A stretch of DNA of 64,000 nt from Chrysemys picta bellii (lineage: Eukaryota): NCBI RefSeq assembly GCF_011386835.1, contig NC_088813.1, forward strand, positions 13,640,001 through 13,704,000, read 5' to 3'. This document shows positions 23,787 to 39,760 of this stretch, piece by piece. Numbering within the stretch: position 1 is the first letter of the stretch; every line of letters begins with the position of its first letter. Below the pieces are notes generated by a model. The model was not told the origin of the DNA. It saw nothing but the letters and a program-made list of their open reading frames with translations, and did not search any database. The position numbers and the translations under genes are program-made.

Positions 23787-26700
23787 GCTGGGACTGAGGA
23801 ATGCTCTCGTGCTTACTAAGCCCTTGGATCAGCAGGTGGAGATAGGGGAAGGGACGGTAACATGTGAATGGTGCCACAGACTGATCTAATGTCCTTTCCT
23901 TAGTCCCGGCACTGGGGGCTTTGAGATTTTCCAGTTTAGGCTTTTGGAAGTTTTTTTTTTTTTTTAATATATACATATATATATATATGATATATAAAAC
24001 GATGTGCAGGGCAACATACACTTTTATATATGAATATATATAAACTAGATTGACCCACTTCCCTGCGTGCGCGTGGATATCTAATACACGGATTTTCAAC
24101 TGATTGATTGGCCCTTTTGCTAAAAGACCTTGTTAGTGGTGGGCTGGGATGCCCTTTTAAAAGCTAGTGCAGCCCAGGGGGTCAGATGGGTGAACCGTCT
24201 CCAGTCCCTCCCGCCAGCTCAAAGCATCCAAACAACTGGAAATGTCATGAGCGCGGTCTGCAGCCGTTCTGCTTTCAACGTGACTTTAAACCAGAGAGTG
24301 GAAATGGGGAGAACTTGAAGCATTTCTCAGCCTCGGATTCTCCTTTTTCTCCTTCCTGGTTTAAATCCGACCTGGCTGTAGGCAGGCTGCTGGGGTGTGC
24401 TGGCTTATTTTTTCCTGGTTAGCACTTTCTCTTTCCCTTAGAAGAAGGAGGGAAGAGGCTGTTTTTCTTTGTCATACAGTCCATGTATTGTATGGGAGCA
24501 AAAAGAAATGGAGAAACAGTGGGGGTCTTGGACACATCAGAAAGCCCCCTAGTGGCCGTCCCTTTGGGCCTTTGATATTTCCAGAACCTGCTGATGTCTC
24601 AATAGCCTTATAATTCACAGTTGCCTCTATGCTATACGCACACATGCACAAGTGTATTAAAGAGTTAATCCAAAGGTCTACTTCCTACTTGTTTTGCACA
24701 TGAATACCGTGAGGGGGTGAGGAGGTCCTCCAGGTTATTGTCTAGATTCCTTTCCCTGTGGAAGGGCCTCTGTGCTGCCCCACGGTAGGTGTTTACAAAG
24801 CAGTGGTTCCATAAAGACAAAACCTCAGCTTTCTCCTTGGCTGAATAGTTGGGCCCATGAGCAATGTGCTCTGGGCTGAGCCCCTGAGAAGGGAGCTATG
24901 TCCACATGAATATTCTACTGGCTGGGACGTGCTGCTGCTCCAGTGCTCTGGCAGGCTCCTTTTGACTTTGTTGTAACAGCACCTCATTCACAAGTACCCT
25001 TCCCCAGTAACATACCCATCTGACCGTCTTCCTGGCTGTCAGACTGACAGCTGCTCTGCAGGGAAAAATTGCTGAGAGAAATGGATGCATGCAATCTCTC
25101 CCTTCAGCAGAGTGTGAGAGAAGCACATGATTTGTCCATCCAGTCAGGCCCATGAGATGGGGAATCTGCTGCTTTAACAGGTCCTTATGGGGGCAAAATC
25201 CCACTGACTTCAGTTTGGGAGTCTTGCCTGAGCAAGGACTTCTGGGTTTGGCCCTCAGATAACCATTTCTCTAAACTCCTCCACTCATGTCAATCTCCCC
25301 ATTTTGGGGGGCAGTCCTCTGGTAGTTTTGAAGCAGGCCTCACTAAAACTTTAGTTCACGATATACTTTATTTTCAGTACCATCCTCCTTTGCTTAAAAC
25401 CAAACATGATCTGCTCAAGTAAATTTCAGTCACTCTCTGCTCTGTTATCTTTCTTGGACTGGACCCGTTTGGTGGGGAACTTTAATTTTTCTTCCCACTG
25501 TTTCTCTTCTGGCAACACTGCTTAACAGGCTCTCTCTAGGCAGCTACACAGGGCCTTGTAAACCATCCACAGTGCTGTTTTGGGGATCAGCCAGCAGAAG
25601 GTGCTACTGTACACTCGTCCTGTCTCCACTTGAGTTCAAACAGTATTGACACTATGACTTTTCCGGTTAATGCAGTAAGTCTGTAGTGGAGACAGGACCT
25701 AACAAGCTGGAATCTTTCTGGTCTTCACAGAGCAGGAGGTCTTAGCCTGCTGATTAGCCTGGGTCTCTCCTTAAGTCAGTGAAACGTACTCCATGGAGCT
25801 TGGCTTTGGTTTTGTCTTCTGGCCCCCTTGCTTGAAGTATCACTACTGTCAGCTCAGGGAAGTCTCTCTCTGCCTCTCAATGCAAACTGGGACTTACTGA
25901 GCAAGAGAATGTATTTATGACCTGAGGGGACCACGCCTCGTTTTTGGAAGGTTAGTTAAGGTGAAGGGCTGCAGCCTGTATCCGGACTTTCCTCAGCTCC
26001 TGCTGTTTAGAAATCCACACTCTTTTTGCGATGGTACAGATAACCTGTGTCTGGGATCTGTTGTATGTATCTTCATATCCAATAGAAATGCACATAAACT
26101 ACTTGCTGGTGTGTTTGTACTTCTTTCCCCTACACGGTGAGCCAAGTTTTCTGTATCTTTCTAGAGAGAAGGATGTTCTTTTCCTGTATCCTAATTACAG
26201 GCTGCATCCACCATGGAGTGTGCATAAAATATTTGCAAGTAACCAGGGAAAGCAGGAAATGCTGGGCATGGGGTGGGTCAGTGCTCTGATGCCGATGCGT
26301 CACTAGATCCATATTGCTGCCTGTGGGGCTGCACCATACCAGGGCCCTCCTTTCTGTTAGGAGGAAGCATTGATGAGCTGGGAGCCAGTTCAGCATTTTA
26401 GCAAGAGCTGGGGGCAAGGTGCAGTACATTGTACCCTTTCCACCCAAGAATGCTGATGCTGTGTCTACACTACAGACTTCTCCTGCCCGCAGAGTTTTGT
26501 CGGTCTGGGGTGCGAAGAGCAATGATCACTGACCGACTGAGCTGTGCCAACCACAGCCGCTAGTGTAGATACAGCTATCCCACCAAAACAGAACTTTAGC
26601 TTATCTTGCTCAGGGCGGCTGGAATAAGCCATATCAGCAGAAGCGCAGTTTTGCTGGTTTTAAGCTGCATCCACACTAGAAGTACTTTGCCTATATAGTG

Positions 26701-29700
26701 TAGACATGGCCTGAGCCTGCCAGCCTCAAACAGCATTCAAGGAATCAGCTGCTTTACCTCAGGCCTGGCCCTTTGTTCATCGCTTGCCAAACACTGGCCC
26801 GGGGTCTTGTCCCCTGTTCCTCCTCCCCATGCTCTTCTCCTTGATGCCATGTAACCTCAATGGCACTGAGCTGCAGTTTTGATTTTGCCTTCGTGGGGAT
26901 GTCCCTCCAGATGAGCCCAATTTTACACAGGTCTTGTGGCTGTCGTGAGTTGGGCTTGCACTGTATCCTGTCCCCGGGCAGCACAACTCCTGGTGAAGCT
27001 GGGGGTGGCAAAGAACCAGCCTACCCATGTCAGGATTGGCTTTGAGCGTCCCTTCAGGCTGTAAGGGGTGCCTACGCTCGCTCAAGGAGAGCTAGAAGCA
27101 GGGATTTTCATTAATGAGATGTAAAGGGATGAGATCTCAATGGAAGCACAGCTTCTCCCTGGGCTGTTAGGCAAAGACTTGAGTAATGCACCAGCCCACG
27201 GAGCTGGAGGCCTTTGGGTGCGGAAAACTGCCAGTCTCGGCTTTAAACGTAAGGCGTCCGAGGGAAATCGACTCCTCTTGATGCCATCCCAACAGCCTGC
27301 CCCCTGTGAGGGCCTTTTTCCTCAGCTTGCTGTGTGACCCCTTGTACTAAGCACTCCTAGGGGACCCTGCTCTGAACTGCAGCTACCCCGGCGATCTCCC
27401 CAAATGGTACCTCTGAAGCAACAGTGCTAGCATGGCTGTTAATGGTCAGCTGGAAGGGGCTGTGGAGTGGAGGGCAAAAAGCGGGTGGTGCCTTTTGAAA
27501 GAGGAAGGGCTTGGCAGGAAGCATCTATCAGGAGATGTTGCCCAACCTCCCCAGCTGTCCTGGAAATGGAGCCTGCTGCTGGAGCCTGTCAGCACTGGGA
27601 GGTTGGGAAGCAGCATCCATAAGGCTAGTATTGCACCTGTGGTGAACCTCCTCCGTCCCCTGGGCTGCTGCAGGCTCTGGCAGGCGGTGTTCCGAGAGGG
27701 GGATTGAGGGTTACGTTCACCCAGCGGGGCCCGAGCCCTCCTTTACAGCTAGCTTTTAACATTTCCTTACCAAATAAAATGCAGTTCTCTAGCTGGACAG
27801 TGCACTTTAAGTTGGAAAGCCTGTCACTTTCACCAACAGAAATTGGTCCAATAAAAGATTACCTCACCCCGCTAGTCTCTCTTAGGTGAATGAGGCAGTT
27901 CACACCTCTCCGAGCCATTGTTCCAGGCTCTCTGCAGATTTCTCTCTGCTGTAGTTCTGCTTGGTTCACGTTTTTGAGATTTTATTCACAACCATAACAG
28001 TTAGAGACTGACTTATTATGATTATTTTATTTTACGTATGAAAGCTGAGATTGTGGAGAACAAGATGACGGATTGAGACAGGTGCCACGCCCCTGTCCCG
28101 CTGCATACTAGCCCATCCTGGGCCCTGCCAGGAACAATATTTCCCCTCTCTATATCACCGACCCACTACCCTGCTAGGGCCCACGGGCAATTCCTATATG
28201 ACACAGTGTACTGCAGGCTTTTGCCATCAATTTCAGCGGGATCCAGATCCATGAGGACGGAAGGTTCAAGAGAAATGGCAGAATCAGTTTTAGCATGGCC
28301 AATATTTCAATAATTTTTTCAACATTAAAAGTCTGTTTAAAATCATGATATATTTATAAAGGGATTATATTAATGCTACAGCACATGTGTAGTATTAGCT
28401 TTAATAGCTTTCTAGAATAATTTTACCAATACAATATATAACATGGATACTATATATTATAATATATAATTTAGTATTATCCTACATAAGTTCAGGGCAC
28501 CTGCACCTGCATTCCTCCTCTATGGTCCAGCAAGGGCACCCACTCTAGGCTGCCAGCTCCCCAGCTGTGGCCTCTCTTGGGTGGAGACCCACGGTTCTCT
28601 CCCTTCTGATCAGGGTATTTCCAGGCTGAACGGTTGCAAGCACGTTTTAGTCTCAAGATAAAAGCAATACAGACAAAACATATTAAAAACAATAAAAGAA
28701 CCTACACACGTGCTAATAAGCTTCCCAGAGATCACCCCTACTCCAACATGGGCTCTGGCTGGTGAGCAGGCCTTCAAATCCCCACACGGGTTTGCTGGTG
28801 GTTTCAATTTTGTTAACGCCCTTTGCTCAGAACAAGATCCATCATGGATTGGTGAGTGAGTCCTTTATCCACAATGGGGGTCTTCAAAGAGACCATGAAA
28901 AGGTAATCAGCCAGACAATGGGTCCTCTCCTGGAGGCAAAACTTCCATAAGCCGAGTTACTGACTAATCGGAGGAATTATATTAGCATACTACTCCTGCC
29001 CCCTAGGGATTTCCCAAGAAACCCACTTAATTTTAAAAGTTCATATTGTTTCAAAAAGTTATTTGAAGTTCCTACCATTTCCCAAGATTTACATTAGTCA
29101 TGCCTCCTAGGAAAATTACATACAATCCCATAATGACATGTAAACAACTGTATTTTAATACCATCAACACCAAAGGTATTTAATTTAATTCAGTAAGGTT
29201 CATCCAGGAGATTGCCCTGTTTGCCACAGTGAACTTTAAATGTATGGGTACGTCTATACTTACCTCTGGGTTCGGCGGTAAGCAATCGATCTTCTGGGAT
29301 CAATTTATTGCGTCTTGTCTAGACACGATAAATCGATCCCGGAAGTGCTCAGCGTCAACACCGGTACTCCTGCTCCGCGAGAGGAGTACGTGGAGTCGAC
29401 GGGGGAGCCTGCCTGCTGCGTGTGGACCCACGATAAGTACCTTGTAGTTCGAACTAAGATACTAAGGTAGCTGAAGTTGCGTATCTTAGTTCGAACTGGG
29501 GGGTTAGTGTGGACCAGCCCTATGTCTACACAGTATTTTGGACCAAGCCTCCCAGCCTGGGTCAACAGACATATGACCCCTCTTCCCCCTTCCTCCCCCC
29601 CCCATGCTTCAAAGTCTAAACTCCAGCTCAAACTGAAACTTCAAAGCACTGTCAACACTGGTATTTTTAGAGTTCTAGCACAAGTCCCCCTGGCCCATGT

Positions 29701-32700
29701 CTCTCAACCCCAGGCTGGGAGGCTCACTCCAAAATACTATATAGACATTCCTTAAGAGTTAAAAAAATCATGAGTCAGGCCCCAAAAATCAGGAGAATGG
29801 CTTCATTTTTTAAAAATAGTACATGTCGAATTTTGTGCTTTTAGGGGGTCACATTTTCAAGCTTTTCTCTGCAGCCAGGAGGGCTAGAAGCTTACTTTTC
29901 TTTTAAGCTGAGATAATCACATGACTCCATGAGCTGGGGCTTTAGGGAAAAAAAGACCCTATGTTGTGAGACTTGAGATAAAATTGTGAGGGCTGGCAAC
30001 ACCATCTCATTTTAATGAGTCTCTAGCAGTTTCAATACACATTTCTGCTAAAAGGAAAATAGGAATATATTCCATATAGGAAAGGAAAGGGTGAGAGTGT
30101 GATAGAGCAGGGGTTCTCAAACTGGGGTTTGGGACCCCTCAGGGGGTCGTGAGGTTATTTCATGGGGGGTCGCGAGCTCTCAGCCTCCACCCCAAACCCC
30201 TGCTTTGCCTCCAGCATTTATAATGGTGTTAAATATATAAAAAGTGTTTTTAATGTCTAAGGGGGGTCGCAATTGAGAAGCACCGCGATAGAAGCGCTGA
30301 ACCAGATCTTCAGCAGCTGTAAACGGACACTCTGGCGGCGCCCCGTGCCTGTGACAGAGAGACAGTGATCCTGTCTCACACCAGTTTCACACCACTGGAG
30401 CTGTTCTATGTTGCACCCATGTCCCTGACAACGAAATCTGGCAGGGGAACCCAAAGACATGAAAGCAAACCCCGGGCTTGAACTCCGCTCTCATGAAACG
30501 GGTGGCAGTCAGCAATAGTCCCACTGAAATCAGGGCAGGGGAGAAGTTACACGGGAATGAAATCAAAACCTGTCCCTCGTGTGAGTGACCTGATCTCCGG
30601 ACATCGGACTGCGCGTCTGAAGAGCCCCGCCTAGGCTGGAGGAAGGCCCCTTCCCCTTTAAATGCAAATTGTTGCGTGGGCCCGGCTGCTGTTGACACGG
30701 AGTCTTGCAGGGCGCTCTGCCGCCGGGAGCAGAACGGGGTCAGGTCGCTGTAGCCTTAGCACGGGGGGTGCCTCTCAGGTGAGTTTCACCTCTGCGGGCT
30801 CTTGGCTTGGCACGGGAGGGGGGGGGTGGAACGGAGGCGGGCCGAACGTTCCCTTTTGGAACGCTGCCCGGCTGCATTGTTGCTCTGCGGGTTCTGTTCC
30901 GTGCACGGGCTTGTGCCGCTTCATTCTGCAGCTACCTCTGCTGTGGGGTTTTGGAAGGGGGGGAGCAGGGAGGTTAGAGACCATGGTGCGGGAGTCCTGC
31001 AATTTGCTGGGAAGGGATGGGATTGGGAGGGGAGGCTGGTGGTGTCATCTTGATCTCACACCGTGGCATTTCTCGTCTCTGGCCATTGGCTCCCCGGGCT
31101 TGTAATGCTCGGGTGGAAATGAAAATCTGCTAATTGCCTGTCCAATGTCTGGGGGATGGACGGCGCTAAATGGAGTGCCTATGCTGCGGCTATTGTTTTC
31201 TTTTTTTAAACGGGATACTCTGAAATAGCTGTCCGGGTAACTTATGAACCACAGCCATTTTCATACTGAACAAAGAGGGATCTGTTTCCACAGCCTACGA
31301 CTGGGCTTTGATCAGCGCCAGCAGCTAACCGCTTCACGGAGGTGCCATTGTACAGAACAATGGGAAATGAGTATGGAGGAAGACTAGCAGGAGCCCTGCT
31401 GTGTGTTATTCAAGCTTGATCAATGGGGCTGGTATAAAAGTCGGCAGGAACCCCCGTTCTGCTGAGATATCGCCACAGGGCTGGGTTTGGGCTTGTTGGT
31501 TCGACCTGCCAAAGTGTTCCCATGCTAAATTGGGTCCTAGAAGCAATCCCGTGTAATTAGGAATCCTAGACTGCAATAGTGCCTAGAGGCCTTGATTGGG
31601 ATCTGGGCTCCATTGTGAAAGGAGGCATTGTACAAACACACACAAGCCCTGTACTGAAATGTACAGTCTCTAAAGAATATAGCAGGAGAGTTCTGCACAG
31701 CTTAGAGTGATGGGATAGAGCCCTTCATGTCTGGTCACAGGTTCAAATCCCATGTCAGCAGTACATTAAAGCAGTCTTCATTTGGTGACCTCCTATCAGG
31801 TGTATGTTTAAAACAAAACAAAACCCTTTCAGTTGGAACTAATTAGCCCCTGGCTGATAGTCTCTGCTGAGGCTGGAGATCCAAATCATCTTTCCCTGCC
31901 TGATGGGATTTCCCCTCCACCCCCCAGATTTGAGGACATTGGGGTGGGTGAATCTTGCCCTGCCCCATCTCTGGGGAGGTGCACAGTTTGCTCCCCAGGG
32001 CCCCTTTTGCCTAATTCTTAACAAATAACAGACAAAATGACTGAACAGTCCCTTTCATTTGTTCATTTCAATATAAAATGTTGTTTATAAATAATACTCG
32101 CTTGTGCAGGTCAAAAATCACTGCAGGTAATTAATTCAATAGAAATAAACCCAGAGCAAGTGTCATCAACACCCTCATCTAATTCCTCTTGCCTTTAAAC
32201 CCCCCAAAAATGTCGTTGACCCTCTCTTCTTGACCTGGGCTCTTACTCTGAGCTTCAGCCTGTTTTTCCAGCCTGGCCTTTTCTGTTTGAATGTAATGGG
32301 CCAGATCCCCAGCTGGGGTAAATCAATATAGCTCGATGGGCTGGGTCCCCAGCTGGTGTAAATGGGCAAACTCCTGACCTCAATGGAGCTATGCTGTTTT
32401 AGGCCAGCTGAGGATCTGTAATAGGAAAATATCATCTGCTGGTGGAGATTACGACTGATCAGAGTTAAATGCTCGCTTGAGAATGTCACTTTAAAAACCA
32501 GGATTTTGATTCTCCTTAAACACTAACATTTTTATACAGCGCTTGGAGAAAAATTGAATAGCTGCTTCATTTCCTTGCCCCCGCGTCCCTATCTTGTTAG
32601 ATACAAAGAGAGCCTTGAAACTTACAAATATACTCACACATAGAGTGCATTTTAATATTTGAGGGGACAGATGTAGAAAGAAGAGAAAGTAAAACTTTGG

Positions 32701-34255
32701 GAAAGGCACCAGGGGGCGGGAGAGAGAGCGCGACCCAGGGTATGTGCTTGTTTGGATGTGTGGGTATTTAAATATTTCTTCTCCTGCCTTGAGAACCAAA
32801 TACATCCCCTCAGGCTGTGATCTCATCTGATCTTGTTAAGTAGGGTCAGGCTGGGTAAGTGCAACAGGCCATGCTCAACATAGTGACTGGTTTGAAAATG
32901 ATACTGCGGTTACGGCAGCTTCCTGGGGCAGTGAATAGGCAGTGTTCTGTGGCACGCACTGTACTCTGATAGGAGACCTCCAGTGGTAACACAGGTCCCT
33001 GTGAATGAAAGTAATACTGACCCCAGTGCCTCAGCATGGTGCTAGGGGCCCTATACCACCAGGGCGCTGTCCTCTTCTGGATGAGATGCAAAACCAAAGT
33101 AGTGACCTTCAGCTCGGACAGAACTGGGGACCTAAGAGCATGAGCCACTACAGGCCTGAGTCCCCTAGCTGGGACCTGCAGCAGAGGTCTGTCACAGTGG
33201 AATGGGCCTAAAGGGGGATATGTAATACATGCTGAACAGGGAGTTTCGTGCACTCCTGTTTCTAGCTTCCTCTTATCCCAGAGGTGGCCGCATTTCAGCA
33301 GCAGCTGGTGTGGCTCCTCATTTGGCAGGCACCTGAGAATCCTCCTGGCTGAAAAGAGCAGCTTCAGTGGAACTTGCTGCCACAGACCCACCCAGTTCCA
33401 GACCCAAAGGCAGGGACTGGGAGTGAGGCTGGGCAAAGCAGGTTGTCTGGACCCTGTTCTATCGGTCATTTGATTCTGTAATTTTTCCTAACTCCTCCTC
33501 CTGGCTCCTGTTTGCAGGCACCCCTTGCTGAGGGGGCCGTTTCTGGAGAGGTTCTGGGTGCTGTTCCCACCCTTCAGAAAAATGCTTTGTGGTGAAAAGG
33601 AAAAGAAGCCCAGTGGTTAAAGGGTGACCTGGGGGGTCAGAAGAACCAGGTTCAAAACCTGCTCTGCCGTACTACGTGTGTGACCTGGCATGAGTCCCTC
33701 TCTGACTCAGTTCCCCATCTGTTAAATGGGGATAACACTTCCCTGCCTCAGACAAGTGTGGTGAGGATAAATACCCTCAAGATTGTGAAGTGCTCAGATA
33801 AATACCTCAGGCAGATCTGATCTGGGGCAGAGGGAAATCTGGGAAGTACCGAGCATTCTTTTTCTTAGCCCCCAGGTCAGGGGTAATCCATCTTTTTTTT
33901 TTTTTTTTGTCACGGTTCAAATTTCTCTGTCTAGATACAGTGAAAGGTCCAGATTCCAGAGAAAATAATAAAAAATGATGAGAAATAAATTAAAAAGACT
34001 TTGGGGGTCTGTTTAAAAGCATCTGGCAGTCCGGCTTGGGCCCGCGGTCCGCTGATTGATTACCCCTGTTGTAGGTGATCCACATGGGAGAAGCTTCTGT
34101 TGGCACTTGAATAGCTGAAGCTGGAGAAAGGGGGTGAAAGAGGAACTTTGTCTCCTTTGTGAACAGTGTCTCCTTCTTTCAGTGCCCAGAGGTTCCCTGC
34201 TGCAGTGTGTTACTGAGCCTGCGACTGGCCCCTGCCCGGGGATCGAGTTCTCAAG

Positions 34256-37119
<2,864 letters not shown>

Positions 37120-37394
37120 CTGAAAAGGCTGCCTGGACCCTCCATAGGCAGAGGGCAGCATTGAGGATTCTGGAGCCAAGGGAAAGCTGCACCAGTTTGA
37201 ATCTCTGTCGTGGCCACCTCTGAACTGTACAGAAATGTAGGAGTAGAAAAGGAAGGACACCCCTAAGAGATGGGGTTTTGGGGTGGGCTGGGGGAGGGGC
37301 ATGTTGTCTAATAATTTTGTATCAAAATCCAGGATTTTTAGAGCATCCGAAAAGGTCAAACACTGTCAAGGTAACTTGAAAAGTAAACCAGAAA

Positions 37395-37590
37395 ATCGTA
37401 GAGGAAAGACTGGGAATCAGCAGTGCTGGCTTCTCTCTCTCTCCTGATCTGTTCCCAGCTCACCATGTGACCTTGGCCAAGTCACTGCACCTCTCTGTGC
37501 CTGAGTTCCCCCCCCCCCTTCTTTTTAAAAATGGGGTTAATGATACTTGAGCAACCTTGTATAAAGCTCTTAGAGATTCCTGGATAAAAG
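37395..37590 (+). mobile_element. MIR-like CORE-SINE downstream of the CCDC28B stop
   Basis: GACTGGGAATCAG...ATGTGACCTTGGCCAAGTCACTGCACCTCTCTGTGCCTGAGTT...AAAATGGGGTTAATGATAC. Confidence 0.6.
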
Positions 37591-38557
37591 GTGCCATAGC
37601 AAACAAAGTATTGTTAATAGGAGATAGAACACTTCATTTTCAGGCTGTTGGTTCCACTCTGATTGTTTGGACCATTCAAGGGGCTGTGAGTGAAATGAGT
37701 TTGGTGGGTTTCAGTCTGGTAGCTGTTTGTCCACTAGGAACATCACAAAACCTGCTGCTGTCACTGGCTTCCTTGTTGACAGTCCTCCCAACAGAATAAT
37801 CAAGGCCTGAAAGGCCATGAAGATTGAACTCCCCTCTTTCCTCGCTCCCAGACCTCGTCTTTCCAAGGCAGGTTTGTGAAACAGTGGAAGAATACAGCTG
37901 CTAGCTGTGCAGGAGCTGCAGATGCATTTAAAATATCTCTGGCTCCAGCCCTGTTGATCTGGCAGTTGTCACCAGCGTGAAACTAACTGAAATGTAAACA
38001 CAGAAGCAGCAACCAAGAAAAACTCAGTAAAGGCTTTTGTTGGTTTAGCTTCCGCCTGTTCTACAGTGCAGCTGCCAGCCCAGAACTGAAACCACCAGGA
38101 GAAGTGTGATCACTTGAAATGAAACAGAGTTTTTGGGGCTAGCACAAAAATGTCTGCTAATAGTGTAACAAGTCATTCGCCGCTGCTGCTGTCTGATCCT
38201 TTTCCTCCAACATTTTTTAATGGTTGAATTTTTGCAATGATAAATTTTTTTATAGTGAGGCCTATAACTACCCCTCTTGCAAAATACCCCGGGCTTTTTG
38301 TGGAAATGCTTTCTATGTGGGCTGGGTACTATTTCCATTCCAAAAAGGATAGACATGATGACTTTGCTAGACCAGACATCAAAAGTAAGAAGAGAGGAGT
38401 TTAAACAACTAATATTTCTACACTTACACACCCATCCAGTCTTAAACATCTAAGCTGCTTCAATTTGACACCGAAGGTGAATATATGAGTGTATGTTTAC
38501 ATGTCAGAACATTTTCTAGTAGTAGAATGTAGCACAAAATAATGAAATTGTAAGGTA

Positions 38558-38563
38558 AATAAA
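38558..38563 (+). terminator. Candidate polyadenylation signal of CCDC28B
   Basis: First AATAAA I found after the stop codon, with TG-rich sequence downstream. Confidence 0.35.
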
Positions 38564-39023
38564 CTAATTGTGGTATTTTGCTGTTTTGACTGCCACTTTA
38601 ATTAATGTGTAAAGAAAGAAAAATAGACTGAAGTTTAAAACAAAGGAGGGGGTAGCCAGGCCTCCTGGGTTTAATGCCTGCATCTTTCCTAGCTTGTGAT
38701 TTTCAGAAGTGACTAATAGTATTGGGTGTCCAATGTGTGAGACCCCTGCATGGGGCCTGATTTTCAAAAAATGCTGAGCGTGTTCCAGCTCCTTTACAAT
38801 GTCTTGGGTTAGGCTCCTAAATAGTGAGGCTTGCTACTGTTTTGCAAATCTTGTCTATTAACCGCTCTCTGCCTCAGTTAGCCCATCTGTAAAATGGGGC
38901 CGAGGAGGCATGTGGGTAAAGCATTGGGAGATACTCTACCACAGACAGAGGCAAAGTTTCCCTATGAAAGCAGTTGTTTCCAAGCAGCAGTGCACCCAGA
39001 ATTTCGCTAAGGAGGGGGCAAGG

Positions 39024-39159
39024 TAGGGTGACCAGATGTCTTGATTTTATAGGTACAGTCTTGATATTTGGGACTTTGTCTTATATAGGTGTCGCTTACC
39101 CCCCCACACACACACACACCTCTGTTCCAATTTTTCACACTTGCTGTCTGGTCACCCTA
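39024..39159. mobile_element. 136-bp hAT-type MITE
   Basis: Perfect 13-bp TIRs TAGGGTGACCAGA / TCTGGTCACCCTA; 8-bp TSD GGGCAAGG / GAGCCAGG (6/8 match). Confidence 0.75.
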
Positions 39160-39479
39160 GAGCCAGGTTACCGGCCCAGCTACCCTAAATCTGAGGGGCA
39201 AAGTGACGCCCTGTGCTTGGTCACAATGCCACTCGCTTGCATTTGGCCCGGCCACCCCTCCATCCGGCCAGCAGGAATGGGGCTCTGCTGTTACATCACC
39301 CAGCTGGTTGGGGGCAAAGAGGGGAGCTTAGGCCCCCTTCAGAGGGTCACTACCTTCCACTGGCTAGGGGTTCAGCGGGGGGACCCCCCAGCCTGTGTGG
39401 CACTTGGCCAGGGGGGCCACTCACTGCCCTTTGCCTGCTGTCTACGGCCAGCCCCGGGTGGGCTGGATTTAGGTGGGAC

Positions 39480-39760
39480 CGACAGTAATGGGTCTCCGCC
39501 CCGCACGTGACCGCAAGAGGGCAGAAACTCCCGCAGGCTCGGAGGGGACGCGGGGGGCGGGAGGCGGGAGAGCCCATCCCCTGCCTGCTGTCGCCGCTCG
39601 ATGACGTCATCGGTCGGAGCCCGGTTACCAGGCGGCGCCAGCGGCGGTTCGGGTGGAGATGGCGGCGGAGCAGCAACGGCTGGTGAAAGGGGTGACGAGG
39701 CTGCAGGTGAGGCGCGCGGGCGGGGCGGGGGCAGGTATTGGGGAGAAGGTGGGGCAGGTC
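39480..39760 (+). promoter_or_regulatory. CpG-island promoter of IQCC
   Basis: High GC and CpG; GC box 39496-39502, E-box CACGTGAC 39504-39511, perfect CRE palindrome ATGACGTCAT 39601-39610, ATG at 39659. Confidence 0.75.

Noticed and set aside
38045-38449. 134-aa minus-strand ORF downstream of CCDC28B
   Set aside because: AT-rich, TTG start, no recognisable motif; it lies antisense to the probable CCDC28B 3' UTR.
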